Source: a candidate division WOR-3 bacterium | GTDB taxonomy: Bacteria; Hydrothermota; Tepidihabitantia; Tepidihabitantales; Tepidihabitantaceae | Assembly: GCA_965649295.1 (NCBI GenBank) | Contig: CBFGKH010000001.1 | Location: 321,881-385,880, forward strand | Direction of reading: 5' to 3' | Length of the DNA stretch: 64,000 bases | Part shown: positions 19,806 to 28,255 of the stretch, one piece after another | How the letters are laid out: every line of letters begins with the position of its first letter | Numbering within the stretch: position 1 is the first letter of the stretch | Notes under the pieces: model-generated | Told to the model about the DNA's origin: nothing | The model's database searches: none | What the model saw: only the letters and a program-made list of their open reading frames with translations | Made by a program: the position numbers and the translations under genes

Positions 19806-19834
19806 ATTATAGAGCGAGCCGGTGCTGGCCACAA
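19806..19834 (-). promoter_or_regulatory. Sigma70-like promoter of the DUF4175/TPR genes
   Basis: TTGTGG-N17-TATAAT. Confidence 0.5.
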
Positions 19835-19887
19835 CTGCTGTCATCAGGGTATTGACGGCCAAGCTTCCGGTTCGTTGGCCAGTTCGG

Positions 19888-21090
19888 CTAGTCGGCTTCG
19901 AATCGCAGCACCAGCTCTTCGAGCTGCTCGCCAAGCCAACGGGCCTGGACGCGCCGGTTGTAGCGATCGCGGTTGCCGCCAACGAATCGGCCGGGGTTGG
20001 CCTGTAGCTCGGCCAGCACCGTCCGCAACCGGTTCGGGTCGCCGTCGCAGCCCAGCCCGGCTTGGGCGTTGGTCACGATCGCCAGCGCCTCGGCCGCATC
20101 ACCCCAGACGATAATCGGCCGGTTCGCGCCAAGGTACTCATACAGCTTGATGCCCACCGGCTGGTTGGGCTTGTTGATGTAGAGCAGGCAATCAGCCCCT
20201 TTCATGATGGCACAGGCCCGGCGGTGCGGCACCGTGCCGAGCAACTCCACCTGCTGGTTTCTGGCCAGTTCCTGCCGGAGCGGTTCGCCAACCCCGCCCA
20301 CAAGATACAGTCTCGCTTCTGGTACCGCGCCCAGCGCCTGCACAAACGAACGCACCAGTCCCTCGTTCTGCCAGAGGTTACCGACATGGACGACGCTGTA
20401 GCCGGCAAGGCGCTCGGCCTCGGCCTCAAACTCGGTCGGGTCGAATCCGTTGTCCAGCACCCTGACACCGCTACCCACCTGCCGCGCTGTCCCTTCGTTC
20501 ACCGCCAGCGTCAGGTCAGCGTGTTCGACAATGTAGCGCCGCAGTCGGCGCAGCGCTGCCCGCTGGTGTCGCGGCGGCTCGGCAAATCCGGTCGGCCAGG
20601 GGTCGCGAAAGTCGCAAACGAGCGGCACCCGCGCGTGGGCCTTCAGCCTGACACCGAGGAGCAGGGCCGTGAACGGCGGCGAAGTGGCAAAAATCGCTGC
20701 CGGCTTCTCGGCGTCAATGATATGCCGGCCGACTGCTGACCCGAATGGAAACCAGCCAATCTTTGAGTCGGGAAAGAGCAAGTAGTTGAGCAACCGCGGC
20801 CCTAGTCCCCCGACTTTCTTTAGCGCCGGCTGAAGCCGCTTGGCCCGCGCCCGCAGTAGCTGCAGCAGTCGGTTCGGGTCAACTGTCTCGGTGCGGTAGA
20901 GCCTCGCCTCTTTCAGGTCGGCGAGCAGCTCCGGGTCATACGAGTAGTAGGCGACAGGCTTTACCGTGAGGATGAGCGGCCGCCAGCCTGCTTCGGGCAA
21001 GAACTTGCAGAGCTTTGTCACCCGCATCACGCCCGAAAGCCCAAGCGGCGGAGTGTAGTAGGCTATCACCAGCAGTCGTCGGAGTGTCAT
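19888..21090 (-). CDS. Glycosyltransferase family 4 (GT-B)
   Basis: LVIAYYTPP, ATSPP, DFRDPW, NGFD, KLYEYL..RPI. Confidence 0.88.
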   Translation of the reverse strand: MTLRRLLVIAYYTPPLGLSGVMRVTKLCKFLPEAGWRPLILTVKPVAYYSYDPELLADLKEARLYRTETVDPNRLLQLLRARAKRLQPALKKVGGLGPRLLNYLLFPDSKIGWFPFGSAVGRHIIDAEKPAAIFATSPPFTALLLGVRLKAHARVPLVCDFRDPWPTGFAEPPRHQRAALRRLRRYIVEHADLTLAVNEGTARQVGSGVRVLDNGFDPTEFEAEAERLAGYSVVHVGNLWQNEGLVRSFVQALGAVPEARLYLVGGVGEPLRQELARNQQVELLGTVPHRRACAIMKGADCLLYINKPNQPVGIKLYEYLGANRPIIVWGDAAEALAIVTNAQAGLGCDGDPNRLRTVLAELQANPGRFVGGNRDRYNRRVQARWLGEQLEELVLRFEAD

Positions 21091-23210
21091 CGCGTTACCG
21101 GTGACAGCCTAGCGCCGCCATCCATCTTCGCAAGCCGCTTCCCACTAGCCCCCCCACTAGCCGGCCCACAAATCCTCCTCATCGCCTCCGTCACCTCCTC
21201 TGGCGACAGCTCGACTAGCTCGATTTCCGAAAGGAACCGAAGCAACCCGCTAATGTCGAGCGACAGCAGGTGGTCTTCAACCTGCAACTCATCGGGCAGG
21301 AAACGAAAGAACGCGCCCGAGCCAAGACTGTCTTCGAGTCGGGCCAGCGCCCCGCGGACGACCTCGCGGATGCTCCCAAGGTCCGGTGCCAAAAACCGTT
21401 GCAGCTTGGGAGCAGAACCAGCCCCGCTAAGCAGTAACAGCTTGCCGTGCATATCCGCCACCTCCCTACCCCGAAGAGCCAGCGCCTCAGCGAGGATATA
21501 GCCGTAGGTCTGGCCCAAAAGATGGACCAGCACTGTCTCATTACGGTCGCGGAAGTAGGGAAACTGCTGTTCAGCCAGGTTCGGAAAGAGCCGCTGTTTC
21601 AGCACCGTGGCCAGCCGATAGTAGTAGCCGCCGGTGCCGGTGCCTTCAAAAATCTGAGTGTTGGTTGTGACTGCTGCCAGCGGCCGCACCAGCAGCCGCC
21701 GCCGTTTCTCATCGCGCTCGACCAGCTCCCAGCTTCGGCCTGCCAGCACGAAGTGGCGATAGACGAAAAAGACCGTGCCGATGTGCTGGTTGCTCGTCAC
21801 ATCGCGGACCTCATACTCGCCAAACGACTTGTCCTGAATGTTGGAATGAATCTTCCCTGACTCCACCTGCCGCTCGACCGCGGTGCCGGTGTGATAGATG
21901 CCCTCTTGGCTTGAGACGAGCGCGCCGGTCTCGACCAGATGCCGAAACGCCCGGTCAAACTGCCGCTCGTCGGTCACCAGCGGTACCAGCGCGCGCCGAC
22001 ACGACTCCCGCGTCATCCCGACCCGGCGGCGCTGAAACGCGTAGGAGAGGATTTGCTGGGGCAGCACCGCCAGCGAGGGCGTGTAGCGCTTCTCGTAGAG
22101 CCGACCGGTTCGAGCGCACTCGAAGAACGTCTCAAAGAGCATCCGCTCCCAGGCGTTGGCATAGAGGGCAATCACCGGCAGCGGCAGCCGGCTGCGCCGA
22201 TTGCCCCGACCCAGCCGTTGCAGCAGCGAGGAAACACTGAACGGCGGCCGCACCAGCACCACCGCGTCAATGTCGCCGATGTCAATGCCCAGTTCGAGCG
22301 TCGAAGTGCAGCAGAGCAGGCCGGTTCGCTCCCGGTTCATCGCCTGTTCGACTGTCTCCCGCACAGCCTTGTTCAACGACCCGTGATGCACCCAGCAGCG
22401 GCCCGCGAACGGCGGTCGGTCCAGAAGCTTCACCGCCTTCTCCGCTGCCGAGCGGGCGTTGAAAAAACAAAGCACCTTCCGGCAACCTTTGCGCCTTAGA
22501 GTGGCGAGCAGCTCACCCTCCCAGTTATCGTCCAGCGCCGCATACTCGACACTAATCTCCCGCTGCGCCGGTACCGCCACAACGGTTGGGTTCGAAAAGT
22601 AACGTTGGCCAATCTCAAGGTCGTCAATCGTTGCCGACAACGCATGGAAGGTGAGGTTCGGGTTCACCAGCCGCAGCCGCTGAAGCAGCACCCGCAACTG
22701 GTCCCCCCGCGGCGTGTTGTCAAGAAGATGCAGCTCATCTAGAATCACCGTCGCCAGTTGCCGAAATATGGCAGTGTGCCGACAGAGCAAAGAGTCGAAC
22801 GACTCCGGTGTCGTCAGAAGCAGAAACGGCAACCGCCTCTCGTCAATGTCAGGATGATCACCAGTCTTGCGGCTGACCGTAAGTCCCAAATATTCCATCG
22901 GCTCGACCAGACGGCGATAAAGGTCGTTTACCAGCGCCCGCGTCGGACTGACATAGAGCACAGCCAGACCCTGTTGGCCACTCCTCTCCGCTGTAGCGCC
23001 AGCTCCGCCAAGGAGCCGCTCTACAACCGGGGCCACCACCCCATCGGTTTTGCCCGAAGCGGCCGGTGAGATGACCACCAGATTCTCGCCTGCCAGTATC
23101 CTCGGAATCGTCTGGACCTGAATGTCGGTGAGCTGGCCGAAGCGTGAAAAAAACGGCACCCACGTGCGGCGCAACGCCTGACGAATCGAGGCTACTGCTG
23201 CCGATGTCAT
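21087..23210 (-). CDS. Lhr-like / BrxHI-like DEAD/DEAH-box SF2 helicase
   Basis: Q motif (LTDIQ), ASGKT, SPTRAL, TTPES, DELH, LSAT, HHGSL, TSTLELGIDIG, QRLGRGNRR, then a winged-helix-like region. Confidence 0.9.
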   Translation of the reverse strand: MTSAAVASIRQALRRTWVPFFSRFGQLTDIQVQTIPRILAGENLVVISPAASGKTDGVVAPVVERLLGGAGATAERSGQQGLAVLYVSPTRALVNDLYRRLVEPMEYLGLTVSRKTGDHPDIDERRLPFLLLTTPESFDSLLCRHTAIFRQLATVILDELHLLDNTPRGDQLRVLLQRLRLVNPNLTFHALSATIDDLEIGQRYFSNPTVVAVPAQREISVEYAALDDNWEGELLATLRRKGCRKVLCFFNARSAAEKAVKLLDRPPFAGRCWVHHGSLNKAVRETVEQAMNRERTGLLCCTSTLELGIDIGDIDAVVLVRPPFSVSSLLQRLGRGNRRSRLPLPVIALYANAWERMLFETFFECARTGRLYEKRYTPSLAVLPQQILSYAFQRRRVGMTRESCRRALVPLVTDERQFDRAFRHLVETGALVSSQEGIYHTGTAVERQVESGKIHSNIQDKSFGEYEVRDVTSNQHIGTVFFVYRHFVLAGRSWELVERDEKRRRLLVRPLAAVTTNTQIFEGTGTGGYYYRLATVLKQRLFPNLAEQQFPYFRDRNETVLVHLLGQTYGYILAEALALRGREVADMHGKLLLLSGAGSAPKLQRFLAPDLGSIREVVRGALARLEDSLGSGAFFRFLPDELQVEDHLLSLDISGLLRFLSEIELVELSPEEVTEAMRRICGPASGGASGKRLAKMDGGARLSPVTR

Positions 23211-23229
23211 CGTTGGGTGTGACTAGCCA

Positions 23230-24588
23230 TCAGGGGGTCTGGGACTGACGGCTGCTGATTTGAGCCCAGCGCCGCGCGTCCAGTGCCTCAACCGAGTACT
23301 TGATGAAAGCACGGATACCCTCGATGTTTCGCTTCGCGGCCTCACGGAGCAACTGTTTCTGTTCAAGCTCAGTAATCTCAAACTGGGGATAGGCCTGACG
23401 GTATAGCATGACCATTGTCGAGAAAGCATCCATTAGCGCCTTGTCCGACAACTGTTCCAGCTCAATCCGGTGCCGGATGCGGTTGGCCAGCTTGATGTAG
23501 GCATAGTCGTATGGGCTAGGCGTGGTCGCAAAAACCAAGAGGATGTGGGGGTCGCGGTAGATGTAGGGCACCGGCTTGACCCGATTGTGAATCATCCGGT
23601 CGTTCACACGCCGCAGCTCCGGGTCGTTCTGGGCGGTGCGCACGAGTCCGTCCATGAAGTTCACACTCTTGGTGAGATAGATAATATCCCAGAGGTGCGT
23701 GACCGTCTCGGCCTCGTCAATCAAGAGCACAAGCCCCTTCATGCCGAGCTGCCAGGCAATCCACGACAGGCCTGACAGGATGTTGCAATACAGGTCAGCC
23801 GCAGTCGAGAAATCGTAGAGCGCCGGAATCCGCTGCCCGCCCCGTACCCGATACGGACTCCGAAGCTCGGTTGCGTATTCCTTGGTGCTCTCCCCCTCAA
23901 TCCATTGCCAGAAAACCTCAGAGCCGAGCTGGCCGCGGTCAAGCCGCCGCAGCTTCTCAAGTACCGGCCCCCAGAAGACATGGTCACGCAAGTCGAGCTC
24001 ACCTGCCGCAAGCAACAGGTCGCGAAAGCCGTGTTCCCGGCTGTCCTTGATGTAGCGCAGGTTGTGGACGATTTCACGATAGACCCGCTTGGGCCGATGC
24101 GGGGCCACCTCCTGCGGGTCAAACTGCACCAGACTCGTCGCCATACCGGCGCCAAGGGCCCGGTGGTGGATGTACTCCAGAATGTGAGTCTTGCCCGTGC
24201 CGTACTCGCCCTCGACCATAAAGACATCGCCCTTGCCCTTAGCCAGCGCCGCCAGAGCCGCATCTACTATCCCGACCTGTTTCTCACGACCAAAAGTGAA
24301 CTTCTCGACGTCCTGATGCGGCACAATCCCAAGCCGAAATGCCTCAACCATCCGCCGCGCCTGCACCTTATCAATCGTGCCGAGGGCCGGGCTGGCATCG
24401 CCGATGTCAATGTCAATACCGGTCAGCAGCCGTACCCGCTGCGTAGGCAGCCAGAGCCGCAGACCGCTGGTGAACTGAACGAGCAGTTCGGTGCCGTGCC
24501 AACGCGAGTCGAGTACCTCGCCTTCCCCAAAAACTGGGTGGCTTACGAGCCGCCGCCTTACCCCCTTCATCGGTTCAACGCCAGCCAT
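23230..24588 (-). CDS. BrxD/DUF2791-type P-loop ATPase with N-terminal Tudor-like module
   Basis: EAFRLGIVP...GRE, GEYGTGKTH (Walker A), VLLIDEAE (Walker B), VFATTP; N-terminus VSHPVFGEGEV...VQF. Confidence 0.8.
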   Translation of the reverse strand: MAGVEPMKGVRRRLVSHPVFGEGEVLDSRWHGTELLVQFTSGLRLWLPTQRVRLLTGIDIDIGDASPALGTIDKVQARRMVEAFRLGIVPHQDVEKFTFGREKQVGIVDAALAALAKGKGDVFMVEGEYGTGKTHILEYIHHRALGAGMATSLVQFDPQEVAPHRPKRVYREIVHNLRYIKDSREHGFRDLLLAAGELDLRDHVFWGPVLEKLRRLDRGQLGSEVFWQWIEGESTKEYATELRSPYRVRGGQRIPALYDFSTAADLYCNILSGLSWIAWQLGMKGLVLLIDEAETVTHLWDIIYLTKSVNFMDGLVRTAQNDPELRRVNDRMIHNRVKPVPYIYRDPHILLVFATTPSPYDYAYIKLANRIRHRIELEQLSDKALMDAFSTMVMLYRQAYPQFEITELEQKQLLREAAKRNIEGIRAFIKYSVEALDARRWAQISSRQSQTP

Positions 24589-24653
24589 CTGCTCCCAAAG
24601 TCCCTAGCCCAACACCAAACCAGAAAAACAATTGGTGGCTCGTCCGTCCGGCG

Positions 24654-25925
24654 CTAGAACTCCTGGCTTTCGACCTCGGCCTTGCCGGCGGCCTCAAGCC
24701 TCTGCGTCGTGACGCGCAGCAGCTTCTCGGCATCCTTCCGTTCGAACTGTAGCGAAGGATTCGCCCGCAATTGGTGCAGGGCTTCGACCATCGCCACCAC
24801 AAACAGGCGCCGGTACCCGACGTCGAATGCAAAAGCCGATACTGCCAGTTCGGCCAACGTCCTCGTGACCCCGTCGCGCCGCGCCTCGGGCAGCTTCAGC
24901 TCATAGGCAGTCTCGAACAGCCGCACGAGCCTGTCCCCCAGCCGGTGCAGAAACTCGACAGGCTCGATTCCCAGGTCTTCGAGGTTGATGCGCACGCCGA
25001 CCGGGTTCGTCTGGCTGAATGGACTGCGCAGCCGCTGTTTGAGCGCTTCATAGACCCCGCCCGAGCCTTCGAGCAACAGATTCTCGTCCGGCACGGCGTA
25101 GAAGAACATCGCCCCCGGCAGTCGCGAATTGCCGCATTCATCTACTATCTGCCGCAGGTTGTCCAGCGCCCGCCGCTTGTCTCGCGACGACGATATTGAC
25201 ATTCCCCGCTCGGCCTCGTCAAAGAGAAAGACGAGACCGGAGTAGCCGATAGAGTGAACCCATTGGATTAGCGAGCGCAGCATCCGAAACGCAGTCGCCT
25301 TGTCTATCCGCTCGGAGATACGGTACTGGGCCCGCACGTCCTTGGCAACCTCCTCACCCTCGAGCCACTGACAGAGCTCGCTGAACCCTTCGCTATCCTC
25401 AGCAAGTGACGCCCCAAACGCACCCCGCACCGCATTACTGAAGCTGGTGCTCTCGGTCACCGGCAGGGTCTCGAGGTAACTGCGCAGTGAATCCACCCGG
25501 TCCTGCTGCCGTCGCTGCTCTGCGACCCAACGTTTGATTACGTTTTCGATACCTTTGTCGGCGAAGCGGGCCGGTGTGTCAGTCGGGCCAGGACTCGTCA
25601 GATTGGCCGCAATGCCCTTATAGACGAGTTCGAGCTTGTCGAACGGACACTCGGTTGGATTCAGACTGACATAGGCGACACAGTAGTTGTGCCGGAACGC
25701 TAGGTCCCGGACAGCAAAAAGAAAGTGAGTCTTGCCGCCACCGTAGTTGCCGGTCACAAGCTTGAAACTCGAAAGATTGTACTTAAGAATCCCGTTTAGG
25801 TATTCTTCTTCAATCACTTGTAAGTAGCGCTCCAGTCCCACCGTGAACTGGTCAATCCCAAACTCCGGCGGCGTGCCGGTTGAGCCGAGCTTCATCAGAA
25901 TCGCCTGCGCCAGTTGCCTGTCCAT
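24654..25925 (-). CDS. BrxD/DUF2791-type P-loop ATPase
   Basis: GTPP...FTVG, FKLVTGNYGGGKTHF, LELVYK.I..NL, GYSGLVFLFDEAE, ALDNLRQIVD, YEALKQRL. Confidence 0.85.
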   Translation of the reverse strand: MDRQLAQAILMKLGSTGTPPEFGIDQFTVGLERYLQVIEEEYLNGILKYNLSSFKLVTGNYGGGKTHFLFAVRDLAFRHNYCVAYVSLNPTECPFDKLELVYKGIAANLTSPGPTDTPARFADKGIENVIKRWVAEQRRQQDRVDSLRSYLETLPVTESTSFSNAVRGAFGASLAEDSEGFSELCQWLEGEEVAKDVRAQYRISERIDKATAFRMLRSLIQWVHSIGYSGLVFLFDEAERGMSISSSRDKRRALDNLRQIVDECGNSRLPGAMFFYAVPDENLLLEGSGGVYEALKQRLRSPFSQTNPVGVRINLEDLGIEPVEFLHRLGDRLVRLFETAYELKLPEARRDGVTRTLAELAVSAFAFDVGYRRLFVVAMVEALHQLRANPSLQFERKDAEKLLRVTTQRLEAAGKAEVESQEF

Positions 25926-25928
25926 CAA

Positions 25929-26777
25929 CTACTCCACGACGGTGAATGAGACATAAGAATAGTGCGTTCCGTCGCCGGCATCGTTGTCCGGCACCCAGAG
26001 CGCCTTTGCCTTTTCGGTTGTCGCGTCGAAATTGGCCACATGCAACTTCAGTCGCCGCCCGCCGGTGACAAACTGCCCAGCCTGCTTCAGCCGATAGAGG
26101 TCATAGCTGAAACGAATCCGGGGATAGTCAACAAACTTCTCCTGCGTCGGATTGAGCCGAAAGCTCGCCGGCTGCAGCAGCAGCACGAGCTCCGACAAAA
26201 GGTCAACGAGAAAGACCCGACTGCCGACACTCTGGCCATTGAGAAGGCAGTAGCGCTCGTAGGCAGTCGCAAGCTGCCCGAGCAATCGCTCCGGCGGAAT
26301 CGCCCGCGCGGTCAGGCGCTCCCCAAAGCTGCGCACGGTCTTGGCCAAACTCAGCGGCTCAAGCCTGATTCCCGACTTTAGCTTCTCGATCTCCGGCCCC
26401 CAAAAGACGGTCGCGGCGCCGGCCGCGAAATCGGCCTTGATTGTGAACAGGCCCACCCGCAACAAGGGCAACTGGCCGCGCACCGTCATCCCTGAGCCTT
26501 CCAGCGCCGCCAGCAACTGCCGGCCAAACTGGAACCGGAACTCGGCCTTGGCTCCTTCAATTTCGGCCCGCTCCCCGGCAATCCACTCCTCGAGGTTCGC
26601 CCGTACCTCAGCCGGCGGCAGGGTCGCAGCCTGCTTGGTAATCTCGGCCAAAAGCTGCTCTCGTTTGTGGACGTTGTTGACTGGAGCCGACAGCAGGGAC
26701 CGGTAGTCGCCGAGCCTCTTGGCCAGCCCGAGCGCGGTAGCACTCAGGCTACGCAGGGAGAGAATCAGCCCTTCCAT
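25929..26777 (-). CDS. Hypothetical protein, first gene of the ATPase/helicase operon
   Basis: 282-aa ORF directly after a consensus promoter and abutting the next gene; soluble; no recognised motif. Confidence 0.8.
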   Translation of the reverse strand: MEGLILSLRSLSATALGLAKRLGDYRSLLSAPVNNVHKREQLLAEITKQAATLPPAEVRANLEEWIAGERAEIEGAKAEFRFQFGRQLLAALEGSGMTVRGQLPLLRVGLFTIKADFAAGAATVFWGPEIEKLKSGIRLEPLSLAKTVRSFGERLTARAIPPERLLGQLATAYERYCLLNGQSVGSRVFLVDLLSELVLLLQPASFRLNPTQEKFVDYPRIRFSYDLYRLKQAGQFVTGGRRLKLHVANFDATTEKAKALWVPDNDAGDGTHYSYVSFTVVE

Positions 26778-26784
26778 AATCGCC

Positions 26785-26814
26785 AGTATAGCCCCTGGCC
26801 GCGGCAGCTGTCAA
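26785..26814 (-). promoter_or_regulatory. Sigma70-like promoter, probably leaderless, for the ATPase/helicase operon
   Basis: TTGACA-N18-TATACT with ATG 7 nt downstream. Confidence 0.65.
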
Positions 26815-26846
26815 TGCTGGTGATTGCGTCCGCCAGAGAAGTCGGC

Positions 26847-26874
26847 TTGACTCATCCCGCCAAGCTCCTAGACT
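26847..26874 (+). promoter_or_regulatory. Sigma70-like promoter, probably leaderless, for the MFS gene
   Basis: TTGACT-N16-TAGACT with ATG 7 nt downstream. Confidence 0.6.
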
Positions 26875-26881
26875 CCTGCTC

Positions 26882-28054
26882 ATGTGGAACGTCATCGTGA
26901 CTGGCATAACCAGCTTCTTTACCGACCTTTCGACCGAGATGGTCTATCCGCTGGTGCCGCTCTATCTTACGAGTCTCGGCACTCCACCCGCCCTGCTCGG
27001 CCTGATTGAGGGTCTGGCCGAAAGCACTGCTTCGATTCTGAAAGTCTTTGCTGGCCGTTTCTCGGACAAGCTCCGTCAGCGCAAACCGGTCACGATTGCC
27101 GGCTACTCCGGCTCGCTATTCGGCAAGCTCCTGCTCTACCTTTCTACTGGCTGGGTAATGGTCCTTGCTGGCCGGCTAGTGGACCGCTTTGGCAAAGGCA
27201 TCCGTACCGCTCCTCGCGACGCCCTGATTGCCGACTCGACCCCTGCTGGCCGGCGGGGCGCTGCTTATGGCCTCCACCGCGCGATGGACACCCTCGGCGC
27301 TGCTGCCGGTGTGATTGTGGCGATAATCCTCGTGCAAACTCTGCCGAGTGGCCTCGGCCGCCACGATTACCAGCGCATCTTTCTTTTCTCGCTCATTCCC
27401 GCTGCCGTCGGCGTCCTCGCCCTGTTCCTCATCCGGGAGCGAACTGCCAGACCAACCACCACTCTGCCGCCACTTACCTTCCGAGCTATTCCGGCCCGGC
27501 TGCGCTGGTTTCTTCTGGTCGTGTTCGTCTTTGCGCTTGGCAACTCGTCGAACACGTTTCTGATTCTGCGGGCCAAGAATCTCGGCCTGCCGGTCGCGGC
27601 TGTGCTCGCCGCCTACCTCCTCTATAACCTCATCTATGGCGTGGTCTCCTATCCGGCTGGCCGGCTGGCTGACCGGATGGGTCGCAAAAAACTGCTCATT
27701 GCTGGCTACTCGTTCTACGGCCTGGTCTATCTCGGCTTTGCCCTCGCTGGCCGGCCTGCCCTCGTCTGGCCCCTCTTCGCCAGCTACGGCCTGTACAGCG
27801 CCCTGACCGAGGGCCTGGAAAAGGCGCTGGTGGCCGACATCGCGCCGGCTGAGCAACGGGCCACCTTCATCGGCCTGCACGCAACGCTAGTCGGAATCGG
27901 GCTCCTGCCCGCGTCGCTGATTGCTGGCGCGCTCTGGAGCCTCTGGGGCCCGCGCGCGCCGTTTATTTTCGGCGGCTGCCTTGGTCTCGGGGCCGCGCTC
28001 GGCCTGGCCCTAGTGCTCGAATCGGACCGAGGGCGTCTTTCCCAGCCATCTTGA
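26882..28054 (+). CDS. MFS transporter
   Basis: About 12 TMs; G.FSDK..RK and GRLADRMGRK motif A; DRFGKGIRTAPRDALIAD. Confidence 0.92.
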   Translation: MWNVIVTGITSFFTDLSTEMVYPLVPLYLTSLGTPPALLGLIEGLAESTASILKVFAGRFSDKLRQRKPVTIAGYSGSLFGKLLLYLSTGWVMVLAGRLVDRFGKGIRTAPRDALIADSTPAGRRGAAYGLHRAMDTLGAAAGVIVAIILVQTLPSGLGRHDYQRIFLFSLIPAAVGVLALFLIRERTARPTTTLPPLTFRAIPARLRWFLLVVFVFALGNSSNTFLILRAKNLGLPVAAVLAAYLLYNLIYGVVSYPAGRLADRMGRKKLLIAGYSFYGLVYLGFALAGRPALVWPLFASYGLYSALTEGLEKALVADIAPAEQRATFIGLHATLVGIGLLPASLIAGALWSLWGPRAPFIFGGCLGLGAALGLALVLESDRGRLSQPS

Positions 28055-28078
28055 CACCCGCCAATTGCGGCCGATAAT
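28051..28078 (+). promoter_or_regulatory. Possible sigma70 promoter of the ktr operon
   Basis: TTGACA-N16-GATAAT. Confidence 0.45.
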
Positions 28079-28199
28079 CTATCCTACCATGTCCCTCCTC
28101 GGCCCAAAGGCCAACTAGTTCAACACCAAGACAATGCGCCTGGCGCTATGTAACCCTCTTTGTGCCGGCAGGTTAGCCTGCGTTCCGCCCTCCTCCTGC

Positions 28200-28250
28200 C
28201 CCTTGCCTTTTAGCTTTTGGCTTTTCGCCTTTGCCTCTCACCACTCTAAC
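28200..28250. repeat. Degenerate heptamer tandem repeats
   Basis: CCCCTTG CCTTTTA GCTTTTG GCTTTTC GCCTTTG. Confidence 0.5.
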
Positions 28251-28255
28251 CCTAT

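Noticed and set aside
4847..25931. Amber stops followed by in-frame starts (4851/4847, 16453/16452, 25929/25925) as pyrrolysine or readthrough fusions
   Set aside because: Expected by chance in tightly packed operons; at least one downstream gene has its own signal peptide; no pyl genes seen
21087..26777. Calling the locus a complete BREX/Pgl system
   Set aside because: No pglX, pglZ, brxA/B/L or pglW in the window; only BrxD-like and BrxHI-like components
28079..28255. c-di-AMP (ydaO) riboswitch or leader peptide (MSLLGPKAN) upstream of ktrB
   Set aside because: No ydaO consensus visible; the region is explained by the 25-bp site and heptamer repeats; the 9-codon ORF is unsupported
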